A DNA stretch of 63,221 nt, the filler included, from Perkinsus chesapeaki ATCC PRA-425 (Eukaryota > Protista > Perkinsozoa), in NCBI GenBank assembly GCA_013115145.1. It is 18 parts of 18 records of this genome, joined end to end, with 100 filler letters (N's around TTAATTAATTAA, not from the genome) between each part and the next. Parts side by side here need not be neighbours in the genome. Positions count along the whole stretch, not along the records: positions 1 to 1,832 come from JAAPAO010001763.1; positions 1,933 to 4,015 come from JAAPAO010001683.1; positions 4,116 to 11,786 come from JAAPAO010001019.1; positions 11,887 to 14,450 come from JAAPAO010001575.1; 14 more parts are not named here. One strand, written 5' to 3'. The translations under genes and the position numbers were made by a program. Below, piece by piece: positions 1-13,309 of the stretch; positions within the stretch are counted from its first letter, which is position 1, and each line of letters starts with the position of its first letter. The notes under the pieces are model-generated. The model did not search any database. It saw only the letters and a program-made list of their open reading frames with translations, and was not told the DNA's origin.

Positions 1-37
1 TGACCATTTCTCGGCTGTGTCACTTGCAACACTCACC

Positions 38-118
38 GACCAGTTATGGCCAAGTGGTCAAAGGCATTAGCTTAAGGTCAAGTCCGGAAGGGCGTAGGTT
101 CGAACCCCACAGCTGTCA
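38..118 (+). pseudogene. Degenerate tRNA-Leu(AAG)-like copy
   Basis: GACCAGTTATGGCCAAGTGGTCAAAGGC...TTAAGG...TCCGGAAGGGCGTAGGTTCGAACCCCACAGCTGTCA: Leu-type D loop, variable arm and T loop present, but the anticodon stem barely pairs. Confidence 0.7.
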
Positions 119-271
119 TGGCTTTGGCATGTGGGGTGATATCTTTTTCGCGTTTTGCGGAAATAAGCAGCTGCGCGGGAAAAACGAGAAGTTTCTGACT
201 TTTGTGACTGCACGCAACTTGCCCAACGCCAGTGTGATCATTTATCGGCTGTGTCACTTGCAGCACTCACC

Positions 272-373
272 GACAGTTTGGCCGAGTGGTCTAAGGCGCT
301 GGCTTAAGGCGCCAGTGTGCCATTGGCCATGCGCCATTCCGAAAGGGCGCGAGTTCGAATATCGCAGCTGTTA
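272..373 (+). tRNA. tRNA-Leu(AAG)-like gene with a 22-nt insertion (316-337) before the variable arm; probably a pseudogene
   Basis: Acceptor GACAGTT/AGCTGTT; D arm TGGCCGAGTGGTCTAAGGC; anticodon arm CTGGC-TTAAGGC-GCCAG; TCCGAAAGGGC variable arm; GTTCGAAT T loop with one T-stem mismatch. Confidence 0.7.
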
Positions 374-727
374 CTTTCGACCTGACGGTCGACAGACATG
401 CATACACAAAGAATTACTGGCTGAGCTGTTTTACATTCCCTGAGCGCGCAAACGAATTGCTCTGCTATCACCACGTATACACTCAGAACTCTCTACTTGA
501 ATCGTCTGCTAGCTCAATGCCAGTGTTGTAACAGATCGCTCAGATTGCATGATCACGAAAGCAAATAATGACACCCAGGTTCGATTCCCAGTGGCGGCAT
601 ATGACTATGATATGATGAATTGCGCACTTGATAAATCTTGCGCTTAAGCTGTGTTGCTGTCCCGTATCTTTTTTAGAGCCAATACTGTGTATACTTGATT
701 ATCTTTGTTTATATTGTTTTCCTTTAA

Positions 728-1713
728 ATGTCTAACACTGTTGAGCATAGTAAAATTAATAAATCTCGAACTGATACAGTTGGTGCATCATCCGAGAATG
801 TTAATTCTACTATAGCTGATGGCAAAATGCCATCCCCTGATGATAAAGTCAACGGCAAGGAGACCCTTCAAGAGGACGGCTTGGACAACGACGACGTGCT
901 GGAAGAGGATGATACTTCTTATGTTATAGAAGATCTAAGAGATAAGGAGGACAATACTGGTGATAAGACGCCTCCTCCCCCTCCTCCAGTTGATAAGCCG
1001 GATGGTTCTTCGTCACCCTCTTCCTCTTCTTCAACCTCATCTTCTGGTGACAATGATCCCCCAGAGAAGCGCAGAAGGCGTTCAACCGGATCTCGCAATT
1101 CGCGGCGTTCGGCTAACTCTAGTCAATCCAGTAAGTTTGACAACCCTTTGAGGGATATTCTTGGTTCTATGTTGGACCAGCCTGATACTTCTCTACATGT
1201 TTGGCAAGAAGATCCCCTGTCCTTGAACGCTCTCCGTGAGCTCCCGGTTAGTGAACTTGTCGAACGAGTTATTAGTATCGGCTCATCTAAGAGCTCCTTG
1301 CTATATGTTGGCGATGACCCCTTGCTGGAATTCCGAGCCCCGACTGGGGACCAGCTTGGCACTAGTGTTACACTAGTAGTGTACTAACGTACATAGTGGA
1401 ATGGGGTCTACATCCTCACCCTGAAGCTGACAGTACTCTCCACAGCCAGAATGGCTGGAAGGAGCTTAGCAAAGGTAAGTTCGACTTTAGATCGTTCTTG
1501 AGGACCTTTCGTTCAAGCAACTTAGCTCCCCAGCTACAGTTACTTGTTTGGGCTAACTGCCTACCTAAGTCATTGAGCAGTCTCTTGAGGCATCACCTCT
1601 TGCAGCTACTCTCTGAAAACGGACCACCCTTGGTCGAGAGCGACGGCGTTACTAGCCAAGAACTTGGCGTAGATAGACTTCGCTGTCGCAATGGTTTATT
1701 AGCGGGATGTTAA
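728..1713 (+). CDS. Low-complexity acidic/Pro/Ser-rich ORF (728-1387) plus downstream frame (1396-1713); possibly a gag-like ORF1 of a retroelement
   Basis: Open 219-aa frame with an ATG and a disordered N-terminus; no diagnostic motif recognised, so the gag identity is a guess. Confidence 0.3.
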
Positions 1714-1832
1714 CGATTGGTACACATAAATTAGGTACACTTAATGTTTAATCTCCATGAATCACGTTCATACTCAACTCGTTTGCTTGAAACACGTACA
1801 CAGTCAGCTCGTTCGCTCCTATTCAGATCATC

Positions 1833-1932
1833 NNNNNNNNNNNNNNNNNNNNNNNNNNNNNNNNNNNNNNNNNNNNTTAATTAATTAANNNNNNNNNNNN
1901 NNNNNNNNNNNNNNNNNNNNNNNNNNNNNNNN
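1833..1932. other. Synthetic contig-joining spacer (first of 17; others start at 4016, 11787, 14451, 20435, 22223, 23331, 38216, 40334, 41603, 43133, 48667, 50359, 53282, 58113, 59863, 61302)
   Basis: Identical 100-nt N44-TTAATTAATTAA-N44 blocks; the 12-mer puts stops in all six frames. ORF-track entries ending in XXX...LIN are artefacts of these spacers. Confidence 0.98.
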
Positions 1933-2949
1933 GCTCAAGACGACGACTAACTGGAAGGTTACTTACACGTCCGACTGTGAAGCAGAGATACCACGGAAGG
2001 ACCTTTCTATAGCGTCTTCAAGATCAACTTTTACAGGGCTAACAGCCATTGGAAATATTGTTACAACAACTAACTTAGTTGAACTAAGGAGATGGTTGCA
2101 AGGGCGTCAAACGATGTTCCTCTTAGCGCAAATGACATAGCTAAATCCACTGGTAACAGTCGGATCATAACCACGGCTCAAGTAACGATTGCTCTAGGAC
2201 AAGATTGCAACACTCGAGCTTATAACGAGAAACTTCTCTGTACCTAAGGGGTGAACTATGGCATTAGGCTGATAAATAGAACGAGATGAAACGAGCAACG
2301 GCTGCGTCATGTAGGGGGACATGGGGACACAAATTGTTCGATTCGAGTAACGAATACGCAGTGCCGATTAGTGGTTTAGGGCAGAGAGATTACGTGGACG
2401 TTAAGCCTCGAGGGTTGCTCAGAGGGTATATGAGATAATTTAGTGGATAAATAACGATGTGGCGCGAATTGAAGCAAACGATCGAGGTTCTGATCTATTT
2501 CCAATAAGCCATGTCCCGTCGTAGAGCTCCTAAAGAACAGAAGAACCCCGTTTCAGTCCATAAATGAAACCGGACTCCGCCATAATAGACCCCTATAAAG
2601 GTTTAACCTCACAGTCTCTTGCGAATCTCGACGTTTCTGCGAAATAGGTCCCTCATTGGTGTGCATTTTACAACCTTAACCGAGCACTTCGAGGAAATGT
2701 CTTACTTCGGTTTGAACTTTGTGTCCTTTCCGTACCTTGTTTCATTAGTGCCAATTTGCCGCCCTTCACCATACGCTTTCTCTTGACGATCACTGTTAAG
2801 CTGCACGAAGCTGCTACCCGCAATTACTGTACTTCGTGCTTGTTTCTTACAAAGTCAGCTGTCCTACCTCCACAACCAGGGAGCCGCCGGCTGGGGTCAC
2901 TCGGGTGACGCGAGAAGCATCCTCTGTGCCGTCGTTTACTCACCCTATA

Positions 2950-3930
2950 CGTGACTGCCCAATGGTTCACGGCTCAGTGACTAGCTCTAGCTGAATTTAT
3001 GTGATGTCACCATCCCATTTTTGCATGCCGGAGGCCTTCAATTGCTAATTAGCAATTAAGAAAAATTAAATCTACTCCCCTGATTCACTGACAGTAGATC
3101 GTTATCTTCCTCGATCATTCTGCTACATCTTTTCCATCATTGAACATTTTAGACCCTCCCTCTATGCTGATCCGTTCCCAAACCGTCCCACCACACCTCG
3201 TTGAACAGAACTCGTTGGTCATGAACTCCTGGTTCTGTTCATGGCATGAACGCCTTAGCAGTGGGGGGGATACATGCCTCTAGTGGCTGAGCGGGTCCCT
3301 CGTTAGCAGCCCTGGTGAACCGAGCGGACTATCCATAGGGTCAATATCTATGATGGAACGTCCAACCCATGCTCTCGATTCTACCGTACAAGTCCTAGCG
3401 GATGGAACCCGCCATCCTCTGAATGGAGTGCCTGATGGTATTATAGAGTTAGTTGACAAGCTGGTATGTAACGCGCTGCCAAGAGTTGCTCTTGATCTAA
3501 CGCAACAAGGATTTGCAAACGTAGCTCTGTGAGAATGTGAAAGTCTTCTGAATGGCGTAACGACATCGTCGTAGTCAGATATTTTACGCGTGCGTCAAGT
3601 TGAAGATCGCAACGTGTAGCACCCCAGAATCATTGCATAAACTCTCTCCTCAGATCAGCTGGCCCTGGTAATCCTACATACGAGGTGAACCTGCTTGAAC
3701 AGTATTTTTACGGTCCGTAAACTATTCGACGGATCCTTTCCGTCGAATGGTTTACGGCGGAGTACTAAGTACTTCAAGTACCTAACAATCTCCACAAACT
3801 GGCCGATAGCCTGATATAATCTGATGTAGGCTGCAAGTAATATGTCTCTGGTACATATGAATCTGACAACAAATCTTTCGTCTTCTCTGGGATGGCCACC
3901 ATAGGACGCATATGGCGCCCGCAATTGACA
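2950..3930 (-). mobile_element. Possible decayed LTR-retrotransposon gag/protease remnant
   Basis: Stop-riddled minus-strand frames contain weak knuckle-like (CSTRCGG) and protease-like (LLSVNQGSRFNF) segments. Confidence 0.25.
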
Positions 3931-5349
3931 TGAGATTTAATAGCTGAAGACAGAACTGCGAATGAATCTTCCTTTAATCTAGTAGATTCCTTCCTTCGCT
4001 AATTTATCTCAAAGTNNNNNNNNNNNNNNNNNNNNNNNNNNNNNNNNNNNNNNNNNNNNTTAATTAATTAANNNNNNNNNNNNNNNNNNNNNNNNNNNNN
4101 NNNNNNNNNNNNNNNCAAAGATCAAATTGCAGCTACCAAGGAGGCCTCGCTCATTACGTTGTGAGGACCTTTGACCTCGACCCCGCTAGGTGGGCTGTCG
4201 AATTTTTCCTTAAATGATTCATGTAGCTTTTCAAATACATAAAAAGGCTCGCTGGCATGGAGCCGGTGGAAGTCAGTATTGATTTTTCATTTTCCCTACA
4301 GTAGCCTTTTATACTAATACTTTAGGGAATCTGTAGCAACGAACCTTCCTAGAGTTGTGCTTTCGAAGCATGGCAGTTCCTTTTTCTCACTTTGCTGCTG
4401 ATCGTTATGAATTTGGGCTCCTGAGTAAACGGGCTTGACATTATGTGAAGCAAGTCTATCTGAATCACATAGTCTATATGGTATAGCATATACCAGGTTA
4501 TTATGGTCCAATTTCTACTTGATTCGGCGTTTCTTAAGACTTTATCGACAACACGTTCTGTTAATTAGTTAGTGCGTCCAACCAACAACAATAAAACGGG
4601 TTAATAATGGGCTACGATAAAGAGGTCAGAATATAAGGCTCATACAGTATATATTGATGCGTCATGCTTCGCGTGATCAGCAGATTTTCGCCACTAAATT
4701 CTTCAATTCTGGGTTCTTCTTAAAGTACCTGAAAGATTCAAGTCCTCTGTTGAGGCACGTGGGAGAAGGAACAGTGGAGGTTGATGATGTATTTGATTTT
4801 ATAGAGGAATGAACTGGCATATTGCCTATGCATTCCATTATGTTTCGTTTTACTTAGTGTTGAGTTTAGCTACAAAGCCTAGTAACAGTAGCAAGGATCT
4901 GGAGACATCTGACTGAGCTAGGCTGGCTCTGCCAGAAAGTACTCAGAAATGCGGGTCAGTGATCTAAGCCTAGTCCGCTCCCCCGAAAGAAATAAATGAA
5001 CCCACAGAGTCCATGACAGCATTCGCATAATATGAGTCTATGAACGGGAGCTCCGCCTATCCGCGGCGGATACTCGTCAAAGTCATACCGTAAGATTCAT
5101 ACGTAACCTTCGGTTACCGGGTAGCCTAAGTATCAGACACTAACATCTTCCATGAGGCAAAGTTAGTCTAGCTTGTCGCTACAGATGTGGCCTACGGGTT
5201 CTATGGGAATATTGATAATAGCATGTTTTCCTGCGCTTTCAAGGTTAGACCCTTTACGCTAGATGAGCTATACAGTATCGGTGAGCCTGTAGTCTGAGAA
5301 GTAGCTCGTGGTCACCTCATCGTACGGCGGAACTCTTGCTAGCAGTTCT

Positions 5350-7500
5350 TTGTTTTGTAGTGCGCGCTGTGCACTGCACACTGGGATACTGTGGTTGGTT
5401 ATTGCCCCAACGACTGTGTAACATTGTTACAGCAACAATGACCTGCTCTCCGTGTGTTCGTCGCAACGGGCCACCGTGCGTGCGGCGGGCATCATTTGAG
5501 ACTTCTTTTACAGGCTATCGTAGCTTCGAGGTTCGAAGCTCGGATCTTGTAGGGTTCAGAGTGGAACAGTACGGCCCATGACATGGGATGGTCTTAGCAT
5601 ATAATCAACGGCATCCCGACATCACGCCTTGCCAGCAGCCTCTCAATGTTCTTGTTGCCAAGAAGTTGTTGGCTCACCAGATTCCTTTTACAGAAGTAAA
5701 TGGGTAGCCTTTCTCTGGTAGAAGCTCTCACAACGAACAGTGTCCTGAACACTATCAATACGACCGTGGACTACGGTCCGTGGCAATGACACGATGGCAT
5801 CTCCACACTTTGACGACTTGCACAACTTGGTTGTAGGCTCGCGAGATACGAGGTACTCGCTGGCTGTGGGTCTCACATTGAAAGACTCTCAATAAGATTA
5901 CCTTGACTTGAGGCATATAACTTTGTGTGCTCCGGCAGCCCCTCACGAGTCACAGGCGACGAGCGCTGCATGAATTCTATCCGCCGCTGATATCCTATAA
6001 CACAGCCTGCTCTAGACAGGACGCTCGTTCAAACTTTGAACTTCAAAGAACAGGGTCAGCGCTCCTTTAACAGGAGTCATGTTATTCCGAAATAGGCGAC
6101 AGTAAACTACTGTCAGTAACGGCGTCCGCTGACATGACAGGTGGTGTATACCACCCTGGTCACGGGAGTCTGGATTAGTGAGCAGCTAGCAAACGCTATT
6201 CATCGTTCGGGCGCTAGCTTGTGTAACCCGCAGAAGTAGCGTTTAAGTAGTTCGTTACTCTAGCGAGTTTACCCACCCCAACGTGAAGGTCTGTGAAGCA
6301 TAACTCCAGGCTAGACTGGCGAGCTACAGTGTTCCCACTGCCAATATAGTCACAAATTGCGGTCCAAAGTGACTACGATGCACTCTATGAGGAAATGCTT
6401 AGGCCCTTGCCCTCGGCTACGAAGTCTTCTTAGCCAAGAAGACAACGGGATGCCAGTCCCAACGAGTCCCCATTGCGGATCGCTTTCCATGAATGGGAAG
6501 CTCCGTACGCTACCGGCTCTGCTGAAGTCGGTTGAACACAACCCGCAGCATTCTCTTCATGCCTTCAGCTTCAGGCCCACATTATCTAACATTTCGCGCT
6601 TTTAGCACTGTGCTACGAACAGTAGCTCACGACGATGTTTTCCATTTAGGGATTCAGAGATCAAAGTCAGAACCACAGATGTGACATCCGAGAGGTCAAA
6701 GGTGCACCTGAAAGGTCGGTGATCGAGCGTCAGAATGCCCGGCGACTGAGGGTTTAGAATTCTGTGAATCCCTCGTGCGCATCTGAAAACCGACTTCAGT
6801 AGAGCCGGAGGTTCAAGTCCTTAGAACTCCATGAGGTTGACTCATCGTATCGTTTCAGTAAGAGTGCAGTCTCTACAGGAGTGCCCCCAGAAGGTCACTC
6901 TCCTGGGTGACGTCAGTTACCGCTCTCGTTCAGGTTGAGTCGGTCAATTTCGCGAAGGTCCTACGGATAGTTGGGCGCTAATGTCATCAAAGACAACTAG
7001 ACTTCCCATCCTAATGACCGGGACGGCGTCTGAGCCAGAGAGTGGTTCTGGGCGAACCAGGCCGTTTCGTGAGAATATCCAAAGGGAGTCCAACGTGTGG
7101 ATCCGATCAACTGAACTTGGATTATATTCAGCCGGGCCTCTCCATGGTAATCGCCGTGGGTAGTTCCCGAATCAGTCAGCCTCTCATCAGGGCTCAGTAT
7201 TTGTGGATTTGTCCAGTAGAAGTGCATGGGAAGGGCCCTGCCTCAGTCACGAGACTTAACTTTTGACCCCCTCTATGGGACATAGACCATGGCCATTCCC
7301 GCTTAGCTCATCTGAGCCCTTGTATCCATACCACGGGTCTAGTAGGCTACTAGTAGCCGCCTCCAGTTGCCACATCCCAGGAGGAGTAAGTTTCGGTCTC
7401 ACAAAAACCTTCGGGAGAATCCTAGGGTGAGAGGCACTCACTGAGTGTACGAGCTGCACTGGAGCCTACTGGCAAGCCCTTGAAAGTTTCAAGTTGAAAC
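5350..7500 (-). mobile_element. Degenerate Ty3/Gypsy pol (RT, RNase H, integrase remnants)
   Basis: Minus-strand fragments in Gypsy order: VFVRPK..PGMWQL (RT N-term), RWTPFG, VTFWGH, WHPVVFLAKKT (RNase H), KLCKSSK and PYCSTLNP.RSE (integrase-like); many stops and frameshifts. Confidence 0.65.
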
Positions 7501-8403
7501 ACATCGTTCCAAAGTGGACTGACAGTGAGCCTCGCGTTTATATTTGCAGACTCTAATTGACTAACCCCCCCAAGGGTGCCACTGACAAGACATCAGGTAT
7601 CTTGTTCTCAATATTCTTGCCTACCGACCTTTACCGGGCTACTGGGGGCCACGAGCCCCGAAGCACACCCCCTCAACAACTCGGTAACCCATCCTGGTCA
7701 CCCACTACGGCACTACCACAATTATGGCTCGCCTCTTCAAGTTAAAGACTTTAACCCGTAAGGACTACAGCGACGCATTACAGAACTGGCAACCTTGAGG
7801 ATTGGCCAGAATGCTCGTCAATTCGAGGTCCCACGGCCCGTGGGCCATGGGTGGCCCAAGACAGGTCCCACTGCTACAGTTTAGCAGCCATCTTCAGCGC
7901 GAGAACTGCTCGCCGAGTACTCTCGCAATGAGAGTCTTTCCAGAAGACATGGCGGAACGCCCTGGCAGATTCTGTTTATCTCATTCAGTGACAGCAAACG
8001 GTCCCTCTAGAGGTACAGCACGCCGGTAAGAAACGTTTTAGGCAACGGCATGGTTGCCTGTTAGCCACGGTGTTGGACTGCACCAAGCCTATTTCACTGG
8101 AGTGCATCCATCCACCTCGTGACCCGCTCTCATACCCTTTAGGTATTCTCTGATGACCAGGGTTAAAGTTCCCTTGTCTCTGAGAGGAGCCCTGTGAGGA
8201 GCTCATGATCCTCAACAGCCGGGTGACAACGCAAGAACGACACAACGAAAAGATAGCACACAAGTTATCCAACAGCGAAGACCCCGAGTACAATACTCGA
8301 AATGGGAACTTATTAGAGGCCCCGAAAGTCTCACACATACCACCATACGACAATGGTAGACCAGCCAAGGTAAGGTGCTCAGCCAATGACGGTCGCCTGA
8401 GGC

Positions 8404-8428
8404 CACTCACTCACTCACTCACTCACTC
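8404..8428 (+). repeat. (CACT)n microsatellite
   Basis: cactcactcactcactcactcactc read directly. Confidence 0.85.
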
Positions 8429-10479
8429 GAGCGAACTTTCATGAAGTCTTCTTTGGGATCTTCTCGACCAGAGCACCCTCCAAATTCAGCAGGTGGTGGT
8501 TTTATTTGGCGGGGTTCTCGACCGGAAGACCAAAAAAGGCCAGAATGATCAGATAACCAACTTTGCACTCCGCTGAACCACCCTTACGAATGTTCCAACC
8601 ATATCTCAGTCGAAGCCTTCAACTTGAAGGGCTCAAATGTGAGCCTCGTACGCCATGTAGGGACGATATAGGAGATATACCAGCTCGAAGCAGTGAAATG
8701 CTTTACAAGTCTAGAACGGAGTATCACTACCGAGGATCAGTGACCGAGTGAATAATAAGCTACTATTAGTAGCTAGGGAGACAGCCGTCTGACCGCCAGA
8801 CTCTGACGCATGCATGAAAAAACGAAAACAAATCAAATTGATGCTCCAAATCATACTGTATGGTACTAATTAATGAAGAAAGCGAAGTTTGGCAGTCTCG
8901 ACGTAGGACAATGAACTACCGGAGAACGTTAACTCATAACTTTATGACGTTAACTCAACAAGGTTAATGTATAACAAATAAGTTGATACTCACCTTCGTT
9001 GCTGAAGAGAGAGAACCAGATTGCACGAATCTACTCAGACTCGGCATTGAGTGAAATAGGTTGTATTGAGGTCATGAAGTGATTACACGACTCATCGAGC
9101 CTCGCAAGTGAAGAGGCGTTGATCGTCCACAACACCACTGTACGTAAATAAAAGTACAGACTACTGTGATGATAACTAAAAGATGATGTAAGTGGATTAT
9201 TTGTTATTCGCTACTTCCTATACAATATGATTCCGGTGTGATCGAACACCGTAACTCCACATTGACTGAAATTCGAGTAAAATGTATAGGTGTACAGGGT
9301 GTCTCCCATAACTCCGTAGCCGCAATTCGCAGTGATGAACTTCTGAAGCTCAAAGAGGATCTCGTCTCCCTCGTCGTGAACGAAATAAGCAGCTTCGAAG
9401 AGGTGCTTAAGTGCGAGCCAAACGTTTTTTTGACTCTCTGTTGGCCGCAGGTGACAACAACGTTGACCAAGAGCTTTTCCGCAGCTTGCCCGAATGTTGC
9501 GTGAATGCTCATGTAAACCAAAGCAGGAACCTCTGCCAGGAAGACGCCTCCTGATGGATAATCTCCACGACATAGTGTAGCTGTGAAGGCTACCACGAGC
9601 AAGATGTTGAAGACCGAGAATCTCATTGACTTTGAAAAGGAGATGAGATTGAGCTGAAAGATAGCCGATCTATACAGCTTACCACTAATATACATCGAAT
9701 CACGACGCATGGTGCCCTCTCGAATAGCATAGTTACCCGCTACGTTCCAGACGGTAGCGAGGCCCTTTGAGAAGGTAGACTTTCATGTCACTTGAATAAT
9801 TCACAAGAGAAAAATCATCTTCTCATAACGAGTTAGTAGTAAGTTGTGGGACGTAGAAGACTATATGGAAGATTATTCTGAGTAAATTCTCATCGCAAAA
9901 ATCCTAGTTCACGGCGAAACTAAGAACAAGAATGGCCGTTGGACATAACATTTACTGATCTACGGTGGATTTATTATCAGAAATACCAGTGATATGCTCG
10001 ACGATATGGAGGTTTATATCACTGTAACCCCATCGCTCTATTGCCGGAGAGTTGTCCTCGTAAAGGTATCAACAACTAGTGGGCACGGTGGGAAGTGCGG
10101 CCGGAGCACTTGGGCATGCGTGCGTTCATGCATTTAATTCCTCGAAACACGCCGCCATCTAATGACACTCTTGGAGGTTACTTCCTCGGTTTTATCCCCG
10201 GTATGCAAGGCAGGAGTTCAGCACTGAGAATGCTCGCGAACTCGTTTTTGCATCGATCAATTCATACAGGCATTCTCATCCTGAAGGCGCGTTCTGTGCT
10301 CCTCCCAGAAACACCTTGATGTTGAATGGAATAGTTCAGTAAAGCAATGTTGAATGAGGGACATGGAGTATGTATCAAGCGCTTATGTAATAGCGCTTCG
10401 CCGTTGAAAATACACACAAGGAAAACGAGGGTTTGATGGGATATTGGCATATCTTGTAGCATACAGCTTAAGTGTCGAA

Positions 10480-10552
10480 AGCCTTCTGCCGGAGTCGAAC
10501 CGACGACCTCCCGCTTACTAAGCGGGTGCTCTACCAACTAAGCTAAGAAGGC
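10480..10552 (-). tRNA. tRNA-Thr: tRNA-Thr(AGT)
   Basis: GCCTTCT TA GCTTAGTTGGTAGAGC A CCCGC-TTAGTAA-GCGGG AGGTC GTCGG-TTCGACT-CCGGC AGAAGGC T: a complete 73-nt cloverleaf. Confidence 0.95.
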
Positions 10553-11681
10553 CAAAAATCTGTTTTTGAAATTCGGCCATTGCTGGATAACTCGTCCGGC
10601 GAGACTGACGCCGCGTAAGAAGTTTGAGTGTGAGTATACGCGCTCACAGAAGTGTGACACGCGCATGGCGTGATAGTGTGCCTGTGCTCGTGAGTCTGTT
10701 TGTGGGTGCGAGTGTGAAAAGCTGCACTGTAGTTCACAGTTTACTGTAGCATCTACAGAATCTACTGCCTGTAGACTACAGGCACCACTGGCGAATATAC
10801 CGAAATGAGAAGTGTGAAAATCAGGACACGTACACATTATGCCTATACTTGGTATAGGCACCCGAAGCACTGAATGATAGGATACCACATTAGCTGCTTT
10901 CGCTCCAAGTTCTTATTCGCCAAGCCCGCAAAATGCCCGACTATTGCAAGGATAATCCACAGATATAGTCGATAACTAAGAGTTACTAACTCAATAATCT
11001 AAAGAACTGATCAACAGCAGCCTGTCACGCTTTTCGCATCATGAGAGCGATAAAGGGCTGATAATCCATTTGTCCGTCTGAGGCGATCTCGGTGCCGGCG
11101 AGGAAATCATCAAACTCTTTCTCGCTATACCTAACAACGAGAATATCAACATATCTTAACCAAGGAAATGCCTTCGTGGATATATCAGTCGATTGAGGCT
11201 CTCACGACAGAGCTAGCAGACCTAAAATTCTTCCAGAATTCGTCTCACGTTCCAAAACTACGCAGGAGAAATTCACGAGCGTGTAAATCGGAGCGCCTCA
11301 TGTGTCAGCGGCAAAAGACGCGGAAGCCAGTAGAACCTCCAAATGCTAAAACTCCAGCTCCACGGCTCCCTCCAGTGTTACCAGAATATGCATGCGCTCG
11401 TATACACAAGTCCGCCGCCGACAGTCGGCAAAGAAAGAACGTTTTGAGGGAATTCCACTGAATACCGATGAATGTTTGAATGTTGTTACAGTAAAGAGTA
11501 TGTTTTACCTATCGAGTTGATTATCAACTCGGTTTGTAAAACGTAACTGTATCAACTGTTGATAAGAAGACTCTAGAGACTTTCCGGAGCGAAGGAAGGG
11601 CAACGGATATTCCAACACTTTCCGTCCGGATGGTCAAGTTGCCTACTTACATAATGAATGAAAAGGACTCTGTCGCAAAGA

Positions 11682-11786
11682 TATAATAGAAAGGAGTTTG
11701 ATAGTGTATAGGGTACTAGTGATACGGAGGAGGAGATATAATAGAAAGGAGTTTGATAGGAAATATGTTACTAGTGATACGGAGGA
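11682..11786 (+). repeat. ~55-bp tandem repeat (2 copies, runs into contig end)
   Basis: gaaaggagtttgatag...tactagtgatacggagga occurs twice in tandem. Confidence 0.75.
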
Positions 11787-11886
11787 NNNNNNNNNNNNNN
11801 NNNNNNNNNNNNNNNNNNNNNNNNNNNNNNTTAATTAATTAANNNNNNNNNNNNNNNNNNNNNNNNNNNNNNNNNNNNNNNNNNNN

Positions 11887-13309
11887 GTCTCAAAACTCAA
11901 AAGGCGAACAACTTCTACTTCAACCCCATTGATGATAAAATACTGACCAACTTGACAGATAACGAGGACACGATCAACACTGGCCCAGATCAGACTACTA
12001 CAACTACTACGAGCAACGTTCAGTCTACTACTACAAATATCCCATCTACTAGGTCAACCGATGACTCCACCTATGCACCTCTACAATATGAAATCCTCCA
12101 TATCATCTACGACTGTCCCTGGCTACGAGTATATCAAGTTCAGACCCCCTCAATTACAAACTCCTGAAGGTCCCAAGATTCATAACAGACATCTCCATCC
12201 AAACTTACAATGAGGCAAAGCTTATCGAGGCGGCTTGAGGCGGCTTGAGGGAAAGCCGCTGACGACAGTGATGACGACCTCAGAGAAGAAGTTTCAGCTA
12301 GATTAACCACATTGGTCGAAGACGGTAAACTTGCACCTGCTGATACTATCGCCCTCCCTAACACTGCTACATCTTGCTACGGAGTCCATGGACGAAAACG
12401 GGCCAGACCAGTATTCGTTTACTACTTACTCACTCAATTCTTACAACGTAAGCTAGACAAAGAGCCCGTGCCCTACCGTCAAGAAGCCCTTCACAGCCTT
12501 GTCAGTGCCCTGAGGTTTGAACCTTTCATCAAAGGTTATGATGTCAAGGATGCATTTTTCCAAATGATGCTAGGTCCATCTCTATCTGCCCTATGCACAC
12601 TTCACTACCCTAATGCTGATGCCACTTCGACACAACTAATGATGTTCAAATGTATGCCCTACGGCATGTGCCTAAGCTCTCTGATACTCGACTTCTGCAT
12701 CACTTATACTTTGAACAGTCTCTCGATCAACTCCCCTAACCCCAAGGACATTCACTACGTAGATGACCTTGCCCAACTAGCACAACACCAAACCGACTTC
12801 GTTGACCTCAATCAGTTCACATCACCCCACAGACTACCCCTCACTACTGAAGATATTCATTCATATTGCTAACTTCTATGGTGTTACCCTTACCGACGGT
12901 GCTGCTAATATCTCCTATTCACACAACAGATGGCAAAAACTATTGGACTCATCACTACCTACTACACCAAGTCTTCGTGATCTACTGTCTATCGTCGCTA
13001 AAGCGACTCATCAACCCGACCTGCTACCACCATTCATAGAGCCCTGCAAGAACCTACTACAATCACGACTCGCCATAGCTGCGAACAAGTCCCACTGGGA
13101 TTCCCTCGCCGACAACGACATTGTCGACCTTACCGAAACATTTCTTTATCTCTGTCGCAACTCAGACATACAGGAGAAACCTCTTCTTCCACCTCTCTAT
13201 ATTCGTAGACAACGTTCCTGACCATAGCTGGCAGCAATTAGCTGCTCTAGGTAATGTCGTGCGACTCATAGAACCCTTGTTGCACGTGATATTTCGTCAG
13301 CATAGTTAG
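11887..13309 (+). mobile_element. Frameshifted, divergent BEL/Pao-like pol fragment (RT and connection/RNase H)
   Basis: RT motifs YDVKDAFFQM, CMPYG, HYVDDL (12312-12872); the next frame SLRDLLSIVAK..PDLLPPFIEPCKNLLQ...WD resembles BEL/Pao TKRxxLS..DPLG..P....K.LLQ..WD; 10-bp duplication at 12227-12246. Confidence 0.65.

Noticed and set aside
24-443. 139-aa ORF over the tRNA-Leu copies
   Set aside because: A shadow ORF of tRNA sequence (GRRFEP, GREFE patterns).
1933-1939. GCTCAAG at the contig start as a spliced-leader end
   Set aside because: Only 7 nt and truncated by the gap, so it cannot be distinguished from chance.
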